From the NCBI GenBank assembly GCA_026708325.1, contig JAPOVC010000017.1, positions 13,667-77,666 on the forward strand: 64,000 bases of DNA, read 5' to 3'. This document shows, piece after piece, positions 1 through 9,659 of the stretch; the first letter of the stretch is position 1, and each line of letters opens with the position of its first letter. Source of the stretch: Anaerolineaceae bacterium (GTDB lineage Bacteria > Chloroflexota > Anaerolineae > Aggregatilineales > Phototrophicaceae). The notes beneath the pieces are model-generated. The model ran no database searches. It saw only the letters and a list, made by a program, of their open reading frames with translations, and had not been told where the DNA came from. The translations under genes and the position numbers were made by a program.

Positions 1-517
1 CCGGCCGCAACAAAAAGGCGCGCGCCAGCATCACGCGTTGCAACTGTCCGCCGCTCAACTGGTGCGGATGCTTCCCGAGGATGGCGGCAGGATCAAGGTG
101 CAGCGCGCTCAGCGCTTCGCTGATGCTGGCCTCCACGCCGGCGCGGTCCTGCTGCGGCGCGAAGTTGCGCAGGGTCAAACGCAGGACGTGGTCCACGGGA
201 TAGAAGGGGTTGAAGGCCGAGAAGGGATTCTGAAAGATGGCCTGCACCGAGCGCCGGAATTCGCGCAGGGACCGGCCGCGCAGTTGACCTACGTCCTGGC
301 CCCGAAAACGCACCTCGCCGGCATCCGGCGCCAGAAAGCCCAGCGCCAGCATGCCCAGGGTGGACTTGCCGCTGCCGCTCTCGCCGGCGATGGTGATGAT
401 CCGCGCCTCGCCGGCGCTTACGCGCAGGTCCACACCCTGCAGCGCGTCCACGCGCTTGCGGAAGCCGCGGCTGAAACTCTTGTGGATGCCGCGCAGTTCC
501 AGCAGGTCCGCGCTCAT
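1..517 (-). CDS. ABC transporter ATP-binding protein, peptide/nickel family (DppF/OppF-like); only the N-terminal part is in the window
   Basis: Reverse translation from the ATG at 517-515 gives MSADLLELRGIHKSFSRGF... with Walker A GESGSGKST and ABC signature LSGGQLQR. There is an ATGA overlap with the stop (514-516) of the upstream ATPase gene. It is absent from the ORF track because it has no stop codon in the window. Confidence 0.85.
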   Translation of the reverse strand, partial: MSADLLELRGIHKSFSRGFRKRVDALQGVDLRVSAGEARIITIAGESGSGKSTLGMLALGFLAPDAGEVRFRGQDVGQLRGRSLREFRRSVQAIFQNPFSAFNPFYPVDHVLRLTLRNFAPQQDRAGVEASISEALSALHLDPAAILGKHPHQLSGGQLQRVMLARAFLLRP

Positions 518-1440
518 GAGGCCGTCTCTCCCGCAGTCTGCCAGGGGCGCACAAAATGCCCGGCCGAGACTTCCTGCAAGGGCCCTTCCAGCAGCCATTG
601 CGCCTCGGCCTCCGGCGCGTCGCTGCTGATTGTGCGGCGGTCATGCAGGTCGGGAATCGACGAAATCAGGCGCTGTGTGTAGGGATGTCGCGCATTGGCG
701 AAAAGCTGGCCCGTCGCGCCAAGCTCCACGATGCGACCGGCGTACATGACGCCGAGGCGATCGGTCACCTGCGCCAGCAGCGCCAGGTCGTGGCCGATCA
801 GCAGCATGGAAGCGCCGATCGCCTGGCGCGCGGCGGCCAGGGTCTCCAGCACGACGCGCTGGGAGATGACATCAAGGGCGCTGGTCGGCTCGTCGGCGAT
901 GATCAGACGTGGCCCCAGCAACAGGGCCAGCGCGATGCAGACGCGTTGCCGCATCCCGCCGCTCAATTCATGCGGATAGCGCGGCAGGATGTCCGCCTCC
1001 AGCCCCACGCCATGCAGGACCTCCGTAAAGCGTTCCTGCATGGCCGCCGGCTGCATGCGCTCGCCATGCGCCGCCAGCGTGTCCGCGAATTGCGAGCGCA
1101 GGCGCATCACCGGATTGAGCGCGCTCATCGACCCCTGCGGAATGTAGGCGAACTGTCGCCAGCGCAGCGCGCGCAGGTCGCGCTCCTCCAGCGCAAGCAG
1201 GTCGACGTCGCCGAAGCGCACGCGCCCCTCCACCACGCGGCCGGGCGGCCGCAAGAGGCGCAGGACGCCCAGCGCGAGCGTGCTCTTGCCGCTGCCGCTC
1301 TCCCCGGCCAGGCCCAGCACTTCGTTGCCGCGCACTTTCAGGTCCACTCCGTCGACGGCGCGGATGGTCGCCGCCTGCATCTCGTAGTGAATGCGGAGCG
1401 CCTCAATCTCCAGCACGACCTCGCTGCCCGGCCCCACCAT
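514..1440 (-). CDS. ABC transporter ATP-binding protein, peptide/nickel family (DppD/OppD-like)
   Basis: ORF 514..1563 trimmed to the internal ATG at 1440 (MVGPGSEVVLEIEAL...), which shares 1 nt with the permease stop. Motifs: Walker A GESGSGKST, signature LSGGMRQR, Walker B LIIADEPTSALD, and the C-terminal oligopeptide-ABC tail HPYTQRLISSIP. Confidence 0.9.
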   Translation of the reverse strand: MVGPGSEVVLEIEALRIHYEMQAATIRAVDGVDLKVRGNEVLGLAGESGSGKSTLALGVLRLLRPPGRVVEGRVRFGDVDLLALEERDLRALRWRQFAYIPQGSMSALNPVMRLRSQFADTLAAHGERMQPAAMQERFTEVLHGVGLEADILPRYPHELSGGMRQRVCIALALLLGPRLIIADEPTSALDVISQRVVLETLAAARQAIGASMLLIGHDLALLAQVTDRLGVMYAGRIVELGATGQLFANARHPYTQRLISSIPDLHDRRTISSDAPEAEAQWLLEGPLQEVSAGHFVRPWQTAGETAS

Positions 1441-2279
1441 CAACCCTGCTCCAGACGCGGATTCGCCAGCGTGTCCAGTGCCGTGCTGACGAAGAAGAGG
1501 CCCATGAACAGGACGATGAAGACGACGATGGGTGGCAGCCACCACCACCACAGCCCCAGCCACATCGCGTTGCCGATGATGGCGAAGTAGATCAGGTTGC
1601 CGAGGGTCGGAGTCTGGAAGGAGCCGAGGCCGAGCACCTCCAGCCCGATGGAGGCCAGCAGGGCCGTCGCCACGGCGTTGACGAAGGTCGCGGCGAGGAA
1701 GGGGATCAGGTTGGGCAGGAGCTCGCGGAAGACGATGTGCTGCGGCGAGGCGCCCGACAGGCGCAAGAGCAGCACGAACTCGCGTTCACGCAGGCTCAAC
1801 ACCTGCGAACGGATGACGCGCGTGGGGTGCATCCAGGAAGTCAGGGCGATGACCAGGCCCATGATCAGGGGCGTGACCACCGGGAAGGAGGCGGCGATCA
1901 TGATCAGGATCGCCAGCGGCGGAATCGTCAGGCCGATGTCGACCGTGTTGCGCACCAGCGCGTCCAGCGGGCCGCCGACGTAGCCGGCCAGCATGCCCAG
2001 CACGGTGCCCAGCAGCACGGCCGATCCGCCGCCCACCAGACCGATGAGCAGGGTATTGGGCATCCCTTTCAAAATATAGGTCAGCAGGTCGCGCCCTTCA
2101 TTCTGGGTGCCCAGGGGATGGTCCGCATTGGGCGGGGCGCTGATGCCGCCGGCCATCAGACGGAGCTGGTCCGGGTCGGCAAAAAACTGCCCGAACAGGC
2201 CCGGCACCAGTACAAGCGCCAGCAGCACGAACCCCAGCCACATGGTGGGCGAAAGGCGAGCGCGCAGGCGGCTGATCAC
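1440..2279 (-). CDS. ABC peptide/nickel transporter permease (DppC/OppC-like)
   Basis: 279-aa polytopic membrane protein with a BPD-transport-type core (LSLREREFVLLLRLSGASPQHIVFRELLPN). GTG start. It sits in an operon between another permease and the ATPases. Confidence 0.85.
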   Translation of the reverse strand: MISRLRARLSPTMWLGFVLLALVLVPGLFGQFFADPDQLRLMAGGISAPPNADHPLGTQNEGRDLLTYILKGMPNTLLIGLVGGGSAVLLGTVLGMLAGYVGGPLDALVRNTVDIGLTIPPLAILIMIAASFPVVTPLIMGLVIALTSWMHPTRVIRSQVLSLREREFVLLLRLSGASPQHIVFRELLPNLIPFLAATFVNAVATALLASIGLEVLGLGSFQTPTLGNLIYFAIIGNAMWLGLWWWWLPPIVVFIVLFMGLFFVSTALDTLANPRLEQG

Positions 2280-2287
2280 AGGCGTCG

Positions 2288-3286
2288 CTAGCTCTGGTAG
2301 CGGATCCGCGGATCCAGCAAGGGATAGACCAGGTCCAGCAGCAGCGTCGCCACCGCCACGGTGAAGACCATAAAGAGCGTCACGCCCTGGATCACGAAGA
2401 AATCGGCCGCGCGCAAGGCATTGTAGAGCACCCAGCCCACGCCGGGATAATTGAAGATGATCTCTACCAGCACCTGGCCGGAAATCAGACGCCCGAAATC
2501 GATGGCCAGGGCCGTCACCTGCGGCAGCATGGCATTGCGCATCGCGTAGTGGCTGAAGATGCGGCGCGAGCGCAAACCGCGGGCCCGCGCGTAAATCAGG
2601 TAGTCATCGCCAAGCACCGTCGCCATGATGCCGCGCATGCTCAGGGCCCAGAAGCCGACGACCGCCAGCACCACCGAAAGCACCGGCAGCGCCGCGTGGT
2701 GCAGCAGGTCGGCCAGGGTCTCGAGGTTGAGGCCGCGATCGCTGCCCACCGTGAAGGAGCCGCCTAGCGGAAAGAGCGACCAGTTCAGGGCGAAGACATA
2801 GACGAGAATCAGGGCCAGCAGGTAGTAGGGAATCGCGCTGAAGGGCATGGAAAGATACACCAGCCAGCGAAAGCCGGCCGGCACACGGGGCCAGACGGCC
2901 AGCGCGCCCAGCAGGTTGCCGATTGCGAAGGCCAGCAGGGTGGCCAGCGAGAGCAGCCCCAGGGTCCAGGGCAGCGCGCGCAGGATGACGGCTTCGGCCT
3001 TGATGGGGAAGAAGGCCAGCGAATAGCCCAGGTCACCCTGCAGCAGATCGCGCAGATAGCTCACATACTGCTGCGCCAAAGGGGCGTCCAGCCCGAGGCG
3101 CTCACGATAACGGGCGACGATTTCCCCGCCATCTTCAACCGTGCGGCCGCGGCTCGCCATGCGCCCCAGCAGCGCGGCAATCGGGTCCTGCGGCGTCAGG
3201 CGCGTGATGGCGAAATTCAGCGTCGAGGCGACGAAAATCGTCAGCAGAAAGGTCGCCAGACGCCGCCCTATATAGCGGGGATTCAT
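2288..3286 (-). CDS. ABC peptide/nickel transporter permease (DppB/OppB-like)
   Basis: 332 aa. The N-terminus MNPRYIGRRLATFLLTIFVASTLNFAITRLTPQDP is typical of DppB-type permeases. Multiple TM segments and an EAA-like loop (YLIYARARGLRSRRIFSHYAMRNA). Confidence 0.85.
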   Translation of the reverse strand: MNPRYIGRRLATFLLTIFVASTLNFAITRLTPQDPIAALLGRMASRGRTVEDGGEIVARYRERLGLDAPLAQQYVSYLRDLLQGDLGYSLAFFPIKAEAVILRALPWTLGLLSLATLLAFAIGNLLGALAVWPRVPAGFRWLVYLSMPFSAIPYYLLALILVYVFALNWSLFPLGGSFTVGSDRGLNLETLADLLHHAALPVLSVVLAVVGFWALSMRGIMATVLGDDYLIYARARGLRSRRIFSHYAMRNAMLPQVTALAIDFGRLISGQVLVEIIFNYPGVGWVLYNALRAADFFVIQGVTLFMVFTVAVATLLLDLVYPLLDPRIRYQS

Positions 3287-3358
3287 GGTCTGCCTGGATT
3301 GTGGCGGGCGAAAGGTCGGGGCATGGCGCCGGAAAGCGCCACACCCCGGATTGCAAAA

Positions 3359-5098
3359 CTAGCCGGCGGGTTGAATGTTATGGAGCATCACAGCGCCGGT
3401 CACCCACCAGTGGCCAGGATGGATGTAATTGTTGTCGGCAGACGGCCAGTTGGTCCAGTAGGTGCTGTTGAAGGGCGTGAGCAAACGCGCCTGCACCAGC
3501 GGGATGCCGGGCAGCTCGTGCAGCCAGATCTCCAGCGCCTGGTCCGCGAGCGCGTCGAAGCCTTCGTCGGAGGCGGCGAGGACGGCCATGGCGTCCACGA
3601 CCTCGTCATACCCGGCATTCTCGAAGCGGCTGGCGTTCACGCCCGGCACGGATTCACCAATCGGCCCCGAGAAGCGGCTGTGGAATCGTGAGAAGGTCTC
3701 GTAGGGGTCGCTCACACTGCCGCAGAGGTCCGTGATCCAGGCCTGCAATGAACCAGTGGAGACGTCGCCATAGAAGATGCCGTCTTCCAGCGGCTGGAAG
3801 CTGGCGTCGAAACCGGCAGCGCGCACCTGCTCGGCCAGGATATTGCCCATGCGCACCTTGTCGGTCTGGCCGGCACGGGCGACAAGCGTGAAAGTGATGC
3901 GGGCGCCATCACCGTCGACCCAGAGGCCGTCGGCATCGCGCGAGTAGCCCTTGCCCTCCATCACGCTGTTGATGAGCATGTCGTCGCTGCCGAGCACGTC
4001 GTACTCTTCGAAGAGCGCAGCGTTGCGATCAAGGAAAGCCTGCAGCGGCGCATAGGTGGGATAGAGCGTGGCGGCCGGATCCGTCATGCCCTCATAGGCG
4101 ATGGCCACGAGGACGTCGCGGTCGATGGCGGCATTGAGGGCCCAGCGCACTTCACGATCATCGAAGGGCGCCGCCTTGTTGTTCAAAGCCAGATAGCGCG
4201 GGCAGGGATCGAGATAGGCATAGGGCAGGTCCGCCGTCCAGCCCATGATGTTGGGGTTGCGCGACTGCGCCTGCTCGAAAGTCGAACGGCTGAAGGTCCA
4301 GCCGGCGTCCAGCTCATTGTTGGACATCAGGGCCGCGCGCAGGTCCTCGCCGGGAGCGCCCAGCCAGATGGCCCGCTCCGGCGCCGGCAAGGCATGGAAG
4401 CCGGTCTCGGCGGCCCACCAGTCATCGCGCCGGTCGAAGACCGTCTCCGTCTCCGTCGAGCGCACCAGGCGGTAAGCGCCGGTGCCCATGGGCAGGCCGG
4501 CCTCCAGGTCGTAGTTGGTGAAGGTATTCGGATCGACGCCTTCCCAGATGTGTTGGGGCGCGATCAGGATCGTGTCCCAGATGCGCACACCGAAGTAGGT
4601 TGATACGAAACGGGGGTTCGGTCGCGTCAGGGTCATGACGACCGTGCTGTCATCCGGCGCGCTGATGTCCGCCACCCACAGCTCCATATCGGCGGAATAC
4701 TGCAGATCGGGGTTGGCCTTCAGCATATTGATGGTGAAGACGACGTCATTGGCCGTGAAGGGGGTGCCATCGGCCCATTTCACGCCCTCGCGGATGTTGA
4801 TGGTCACCTCGCTCTTGTCATCATTGAACGAGTAGCCGGACGCCTGCCAGGGCATCAACTCTCCGGTCTCGTAATTGAGATAAAAGAGCGATTCCTGGGT
4901 CGCCTGCCACATGCCCCAGTCCAGATACTGACCGGCGATGTAGGGATTCATGTTGTCGGGAACGGCCACGCGGCCAAATTCGTTTTCGATGATGACTGTC
5001 GCCTCGCGCGGCACTTCCCCGATATCGCCCTGGGCGGAGACCGAAGCCGCCACCAGTAACAGGGTCAAAAGAACGAATGCTACGAGTTTCGCACGCAT
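3359..5098 (-). CDS. ABC transporter substrate-binding protein, family 5 (peptide/nickel/oligosaccharide type), secreted
   Basis: ORF 3359..5110 trimmed to the ATG at 5098, which has a GGAGG 5 nt upstream. Signal peptide MRAKLVAFVLLTLLLVAASVSAQG. About 580 aa, the typical SBP_bac_5 size, and first gene of the dpp-like operon. Confidence 0.85.
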   Translation of the reverse strand: MRAKLVAFVLLTLLLVAASVSAQGDIGEVPREATVIIENEFGRVAVPDNMNPYIAGQYLDWGMWQATQESLFYLNYETGELMPWQASGYSFNDDKSEVTINIREGVKWADGTPFTANDVVFTINMLKANPDLQYSADMELWVADISAPDDSTVVMTLTRPNPRFVSTYFGVRIWDTILIAPQHIWEGVDPNTFTNYDLEAGLPMGTGAYRLVRSTETETVFDRRDDWWAAETGFHALPAPERAIWLGAPGEDLRAALMSNNELDAGWTFSRSTFEQAQSRNPNIMGWTADLPYAYLDPCPRYLALNNKAAPFDDREVRWALNAAIDRDVLVAIAYEGMTDPAATLYPTYAPLQAFLDRNAALFEEYDVLGSDDMLINSVMEGKGYSRDADGLWVDGDGARITFTLVARAGQTDKVRMGNILAEQVRAAGFDASFQPLEDGIFYGDVSTGSLQAWITDLCGSVSDPYETFSRFHSRFSGPIGESVPGVNASRFENAGYDEVVDAMAVLAASDEGFDALADQALEIWLHELPGIPLVQARLLTPFNSTYWTNWPSADNNYIHPGHWWVTGAVMLHNIQPAG

Positions 5099-5159
5099 TA
5101 CTGCCTCCAATTATCAGATACAAGCGGCCCGGCTGGGGGTTCTGGCAACCTCCTGTCTT

Positions 5160-6110
5160 CTATTTTCGCAGATGACCGGGGACCAGGGGCGCCAGGGTCT
5201 GGTAACCCAGCAACAGCCCCTTGCTGTCCCGCGTGAAAGCCGGCACGAGGGGCATTTCTTCCTGCGGCCGGTAATCGACGAGTTCGCTGAAGTCGAACAG
5301 GTCTTCCTCATGTTCGATATCGAGGTTGCCCTGATAGCCCACCTCAATCAGCGCGCTGATGTAGGCCGGCCAGTCCACTTCGCCCCAGCCCGGAGCGCGT
5401 CCGCGCCACCAGCCGAGCCCGAAGCCGCTCACCTCGCCGAGTGTCTGGCCGTAGATGCCCACCCGCGCCAGCACGTCGCGCCGCACTTCCGTATCCTTGG
5501 CGTGGGCGTGGTAGATGCGCTCGCCAAAGTCGCGCACGGCCTGGATGTAATCGATGCCCAGCCAGACCAGGTGCGAAGGGTCCATCTCCAGGCCCAGGGC
5601 GGGGGAGGGCACCAGTTCAAACATCCGCTCCCAGATTTCAGGGCTGAAGGCCAGGTTGGTGCAGTGGTTGGTCCTGCGCTCGATCATCGGGCAGTTCTCG
5701 ATGGCGATGCGCAGGCCGCGCTCCCCGGCCTGCTGGCAGAATTCAGTGAAGAGTTCCTGGAAGGGCCCCAGATTGTCCTCGACCGTGCAATGGGGATTGC
5801 AGCCGACGAAGGTGCTGACGACCGGCACCTGCATGCGCTGCGCCAGATCGAGCAGGGCGAGGAAATAGCGCCGGCATTCGGCGCGTTCGCCGGCGTCCGG
5901 CGCGAGGTAGTTGGGGTAGTAGCCCAGCGCGGAGATTTCGATGTCGCGGCGCCGCAGGTCGTCGAGGATTTCCTCCAGGCGCGCCTCGCTGACGGTGTCG
6001 GGGTTGATGGCGGAATCGGGCCAGGCGGAGAGCTGCAGCGACGTGAAGCCGGTCTCCGCGGCAAAGGCTGCCGTCTCTTCAGAATAGTCGCTGTAGAAGC
6101 CGAGGCGCAT
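5160..6110 (-). CDS. Sugar phosphate isomerase/epimerase (xylose-isomerase-like TIM barrel), paralog 1
   Basis: About 316 aa with RIAIENCP and DPSHLVW...HAHAKD motifs typical of AP_endonuc_2/xylose-isomerase-like TIM barrels. Roughly 80 percent identical to the next gene. The ATG at 6110 is preferred over the TTG at 6116 by alignment with the paralogs. Confidence 0.8.
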   Translation of the reverse strand: MRLGFYSDYSEETAAFAAETGFTSLQLSAWPDSAINPDTVSEARLEEILDDLRRRDIEISALGYYPNYLAPDAGERAECRRYFLALLDLAQRMQVPVVSTFVGCNPHCTVEDNLGPFQELFTEFCQQAGERGLRIAIENCPMIERRTNHCTNLAFSPEIWERMFELVPSPALGLEMDPSHLVWLGIDYIQAVRDFGERIYHAHAKDTEVRRDVLARVGIYGQTLGEVSGFGLGWWRGRAPGWGEVDWPAYISALIEVGYQGNLDIEHEEDLFDFSELVDYRPQEEMPLVPAFTRDSKGLLLGYQTLAPLVPGHLRK

Positions 6111-6311
6111 CGTCAACCCCTGTCATGCGGGAAACTCGAATCTAGCGCGCCGGAAATGGCGTGGCAAATCAGAAGGGCAGTCCACTCATCACCTGCTGCA
6201 AGGCTTTCCGCCGTTTTTGAGGCGGGAAGACATGCCGCATCCAACGGCGCCGCGGCTGCATCTCCCTCCAGAACCGGCGTCCGGCCCCGGCTTCAGCCGG
6301 GTCTCTGATGA

Positions 6312-7259
6312 TCAGCGTTTGTGACCGGGGATCAGCGGCGCGAGGGTCTGGTACCCCAGCAACAGGCCCTTGTGTTCGCGCCCGTAGGCCATCACGATCG
6401 ACGATTCCATGTCCGCCTTGAAGTCGCGCAGTTCGCTGAAGGCCAGCACGTCGTCCTCGTGCTCGATGTCGATGTTGCCTTCATAACCGACTTCGATCAG
6501 CGCGCTGATGAAGGCCGGCCAGTCCACCTCGCCCCAGCCCGGCGCGCGCCCGCGCCACCAGCCGTGGCCGAGGCCGAAGACCTCGCCGAAGCTCTGGCCG
6601 AGGATGCCGACCCGTTGCAACACGTCGTGGCGGATTTCCATGTCCTTGGCGTGTACGTGATAGATGCGCTCGCCGTAGTCGCGAATGGCCTTGATGTAAT
6701 CGATGCCCTGCCAGACCATGTGGGAGGGGTCCATCTCGATGCCGAGGGCGGTCGAGGGCACCATTTCAAACATGCGATCCCAGATTTCCGGGCTGAAGGC
6801 CAGGTTGATGCTGTGGCCGGTCTTGAGTTCGACCATCGGGCAGTTTTCGATGGCGATGCGCAGGCCGCGTTCTTCGGCTTCCTGACAGAATTCCGTGAAA
6901 AGTTCCTGAAAGGGCCCCATGTTTTCCTCGACCGTGCAGTAGGGATTGCGCCCGACGAAGGTACAGACGACGGGCACCTCCATGCGCTGCGCGAGGTCCA
7001 GCACCTTGAGGAAGTAACGTTTGCTTTCGGCGCGTTCTTCAGCCTCGGGCGCCAGGTAGTTGGGGTAGTAACCCGGCGCGGAGATTTCGATGTCGCGCGC
7101 CTGCAGGTCGGTGCGGATCTCTTCCAGCCGGGCCTCGCTGACCGTGTCGGGATTGATGGCGGAGTCGGGCCAGGCGGAAAGCTCCAGCGAGGTGAAACCG
7201 GTCTCCGAAGCGAAGGCCGCCGTCTCTTCCGAATAGTCGGTGTAGTATCCGAGTCGCAT
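6312..7259 (-). CDS. Sugar phosphate isomerase/epimerase (xylose-isomerase-like TIM barrel), paralog 2
   Basis: Tandem paralog of 5160..6110. ATG at 7259 with a GGAGGG 5 nt upstream. Same IENCP / DPSH / HVHAKD motifs. Confidence 0.8.
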   Translation of the reverse strand: MRLGYYTDYSEETAAFASETGFTSLELSAWPDSAINPDTVSEARLEEIRTDLQARDIEISAPGYYPNYLAPEAEERAESKRYFLKVLDLAQRMEVPVVCTFVGRNPYCTVEENMGPFQELFTEFCQEAEERGLRIAIENCPMVELKTGHSINLAFSPEIWDRMFEMVPSTALGIEMDPSHMVWQGIDYIKAIRDYGERIYHVHAKDMEIRHDVLQRVGILGQSFGEVFGLGHGWWRGRAPGWGEVDWPAFISALIEVGYEGNIDIEHEDDVLAFSELRDFKADMESSIVMAYGREHKGLLLGYQTLAPLIPGHKR

Positions 7260-7261
7260 CG
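6952..7261. repeat. 310-bp segment duplicated at 9743..10052 (4 mismatches, no indels)
   Basis: Direct base-by-base comparison at a constant offset of 2791 nt. It covers the first ~100 codons plus the start codon of the TIM-barrel gene. Confidence 0.9.
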
Positions 7262-7463
7262 CCACCCTCCTCCATCCTCATCAAGGAGAAGATAGCGCGA
7301 CCGACCGGGGCAAGCAAAAGCGAGAGCGATGAGTTTCCCCGTCCCCGGCGCCGTCGGACTCCCGAAGGTGGTGCCTGTTCCGCGCTGGTTGCCGTTTCGA
7401 AAGCCTTGTGTTACCACTTCCTGCACAGGAGTGTGAGCAAGGCGAGGGGGCAATATTCGAGGC

Positions 7464-8825
7464 ATGTTGAGCCTGGACGAACTGGCGCAACGCGTCAGGG
7501 AAGAGCAGGTCGAAACCGTCATCCTCGCCTTCAGCGACCACTACGGCCGCCTGCTGGGCAAGCGTTTTGCCGCCGAGTATTTCGGGGCGGAGGTGGCGCA
7601 GCGGGGCAGCCACGCCTGTAATTATCTGCTCACCACCGACATGGAAATGGAACCCGTGCCAGGTTATCGCTTCGCCAACTGGGAGCGCGGTTATGGCGAT
7701 TTCCACCTCGTGCCGGACCTGAATACCCTGCGCCTGGCCAGTTGGCTGGAAAAGTCCGCCCTGGTGCTGGCGGATGTCGAAGACGAGGAGACGCACCAGC
7801 CCGTTTCCGTCGCGCCGCGCTCCATCCTGCGACGACAACTGGCGGCGGCCGGTGACCTGGGTTACTCGGTCAACGCCGCTTCGGAACTCGAATACTACCT
7901 CTACCGGGATTCCTATCAGGAGGCTGCAGCGAAGGGTTACGCCAGGCTCCAGGCCTCTGGTTGGTACCTTGAGGACTATCACCTCTTGCAGGGCACACGC
8001 GAAGAGGGTTTCACTGCTGCAGCGCGCCGCCATCTGGCGCGCTCTGGCATCCCCGTCGAGAGCAGCAAGGGCGAATGGGGCCTGGGGCAACATGAGATCA
8101 ACATCCGCTACGCTGATCTGCTCACGATGGCAGACCGACATAGCATCATGAAACAATGCCTGAAGGAAATCGCCGACGCGCAGGGCGCCAGCCTTACTTT
8201 CATGGCCAAACCCTACGCCGGGCAGGCCGGTTCCAGTTGCCACATCCACCTCAGCCTCTTCACCGGCGGTAGCAATGCCTTCGCTGGCGAGCGCGCGATG
8301 GGCCCCGTCGCCGGCTCTGATGTCTTCCGCTGGTTCCTCGGCGGCTGGCTGGCCCGCCTGCCGGAGCTGACTGTCTTCTACGCACCAACGGTCAATTCCT
8401 ACAAGCGCTATGAGGATGGCTCCTGGGCGCCCACGCGCATTGCCTGGAGTTACGACAATCGCACCGCCGGCTTTCGCGTGGTCGGTCGGGGGGAGAGCCT
8501 GCGCATCGAGTGCCGCGTGCCCGGCGCCGATTGCAACCCCTACCTGGCCTACGCGGCGGCTCTGGCGTCCGGGCTGGATGGCATCCGCAACCAGATCGAA
8601 CCGCCGGAAATGTTCAGCGGCGATAGCTACGCCGCCGGCCACTTGCCGCGTGTACCGCACACCCTGGAGCAGGCGACCGACAACTTCGTAAACAGTGAAT
8701 TCGCTGCGGCGAGCTTCGGCGCGCCGGTCGTCGAGCATTACGGCCATTTCTTCCGCAGCGAAAGTGAAAGCTTCCGCACCGCGGTTACGGATTGGGAACG
8801 GGCGCGCTATTTTGAACAGATCTAG
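7464..8825 (+). CDS. Glutamine synthetase family protein (type-I-like gamma-glutamyl ligase, GlnA3/PuuA-like)
   Basis: 453 aa. GS catalytic motifs GSSCHIHLSL, PTVNSYKRY and NRTAGFRV..ESLRIECRVPGADCNPYLA. The long antisense ORF 7281..8933 is rejected. Confidence 0.85.
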   Translation: MLSLDELAQRVREEQVETVILAFSDHYGRLLGKRFAAEYFGAEVAQRGSHACNYLLTTDMEMEPVPGYRFANWERGYGDFHLVPDLNTLRLASWLEKSALVLADVEDEETHQPVSVAPRSILRRQLAAAGDLGYSVNAASELEYYLYRDSYQEAAAKGYARLQASGWYLEDYHLLQGTREEGFTAAARRHLARSGIPVESSKGEWGLGQHEINIRYADLLTMADRHSIMKQCLKEIADAQGASLTFMAKPYAGQAGSSCHIHLSLFTGGSNAFAGERAMGPVAGSDVFRWFLGGWLARLPELTVFYAPTVNSYKRYEDGSWAPTRIAWSYDNRTAGFRVVGRGESLRIECRVPGADCNPYLAYAAALASGLDGIRNQIEPPEMFSGDSYAAGHLPRVPHTLEQATDNFVNSEFAAASFGAPVVEHYGHFFRSESESFRTAVTDWERARYFEQI

Positions 8826-8883
8826 CCGCGCGCCGGGCCATTTCCGCGTGGTGCACTGACACGGGAAAGAATAGAGTGATGCG

Positions 8884-9657
8884 ATGAGACTGGCAGAGCG
8901 AGTTGCGTTGATCACCGGCGCGGGCAGCGGCATCGGTTACGAGACCGCCGTTCTGTTCGCGCGCGAGGGGGCGGCCATCGTCGCCGTCGATATCAACGAA
9001 GCGGGCGGAGCAGCGACAGTCGCCGAAATCGAGGCCACCGGCGGCGCTGCGATCTTTGTGCGCGCCGATGTTTCGCGGGCTGCGGAATGCGAAGCGATGG
9101 TTGCGACCGCGGAAGCGACCTACGGCAGACTGGATGTCCTCTTCAACAACGCCGGCATCAGCCACACGGAAGACGACGACGCTGTGCAAACAAGCGAGAC
9201 TGTCTGGGATTTGACCATGCAAGTGAATGTGAAGGGGGTCTTCCTGGGTTGCAAGTATGGCATCCCGGCACTACGGCGGGCCGGCGGCGGCAGTATCGTC
9301 AACACGGCTTCCTTCGTCGCCACGCTGGGCGCGGCTACCCCGCAACTCGCCTATACCGCCAGCAAGGGCGCCGTGCTGGCCCTCTCGCGGGAGCTGGCGG
9401 TGGTCCATGCGCGGGAGAACATCCGGGTTAATGCCCTCTGCCCGGGGCCGCTGCGCACGGAACTGCTGATGAAATACCTGGATACGGAGGAGAAGCGGCA
9501 GCGGCGGCTGGTGCATATCCCGCTGGGGCGATTCGGCGAAGCGGCCGAGATTGCACAGGCCGCTCTCTACCTGGCTTCGGCGGAATCTTCCTTCATGACA
9601 GGCGCAACCTTCCTCGTCGATGGCGGAATCACGGCGGCGTACGTAACGCCGGAGTGA
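8884..9657 (+). CDS. Short-chain dehydrogenase/reductase (classical SDR)
   Basis: TGAGSGIG cofactor motif, NNAG, and the catalytic YTASKGAV (YxxxK). 257 aa. Confidence 0.9.
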   Translation: MRLAERVALITGAGSGIGYETAVLFAREGAAIVAVDINEAGGAATVAEIEATGGAAIFVRADVSRAAECEAMVATAEATYGRLDVLFNNAGISHTEDDDAVQTSETVWDLTMQVNVKGVFLGCKYGIPALRRAGGGSIVNTASFVATLGAATPQLAYTASKGAVLALSRELAVVHARENIRVNALCPGPLRTELLMKYLDTEEKRQRRLVHIPLGRFGEAAEIAQAALYLASAESSFMTGATFLVDGGITAAYVTPE

Positions 9658-9659
9658 GG

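Noticed and set aside
4950-6308. 452-aa plus-strand ORF, and similar ORFs at 6321..7295 and 6497..7522
   Set aside because: They are antisense or out of frame relative to the SBP and TIM-barrel genes, which have conserved paralogs that support the minus-strand frames chosen.
7281-8933. 550-aa ORF on the minus strand
   Set aside because: It is entirely antisense to the glutamine-synthetase-family gene, which has clear catalytic motifs. The translation is Arg/Ala/Gly-rich low-complexity sequence, typical of antisense frames in high-GC DNA.
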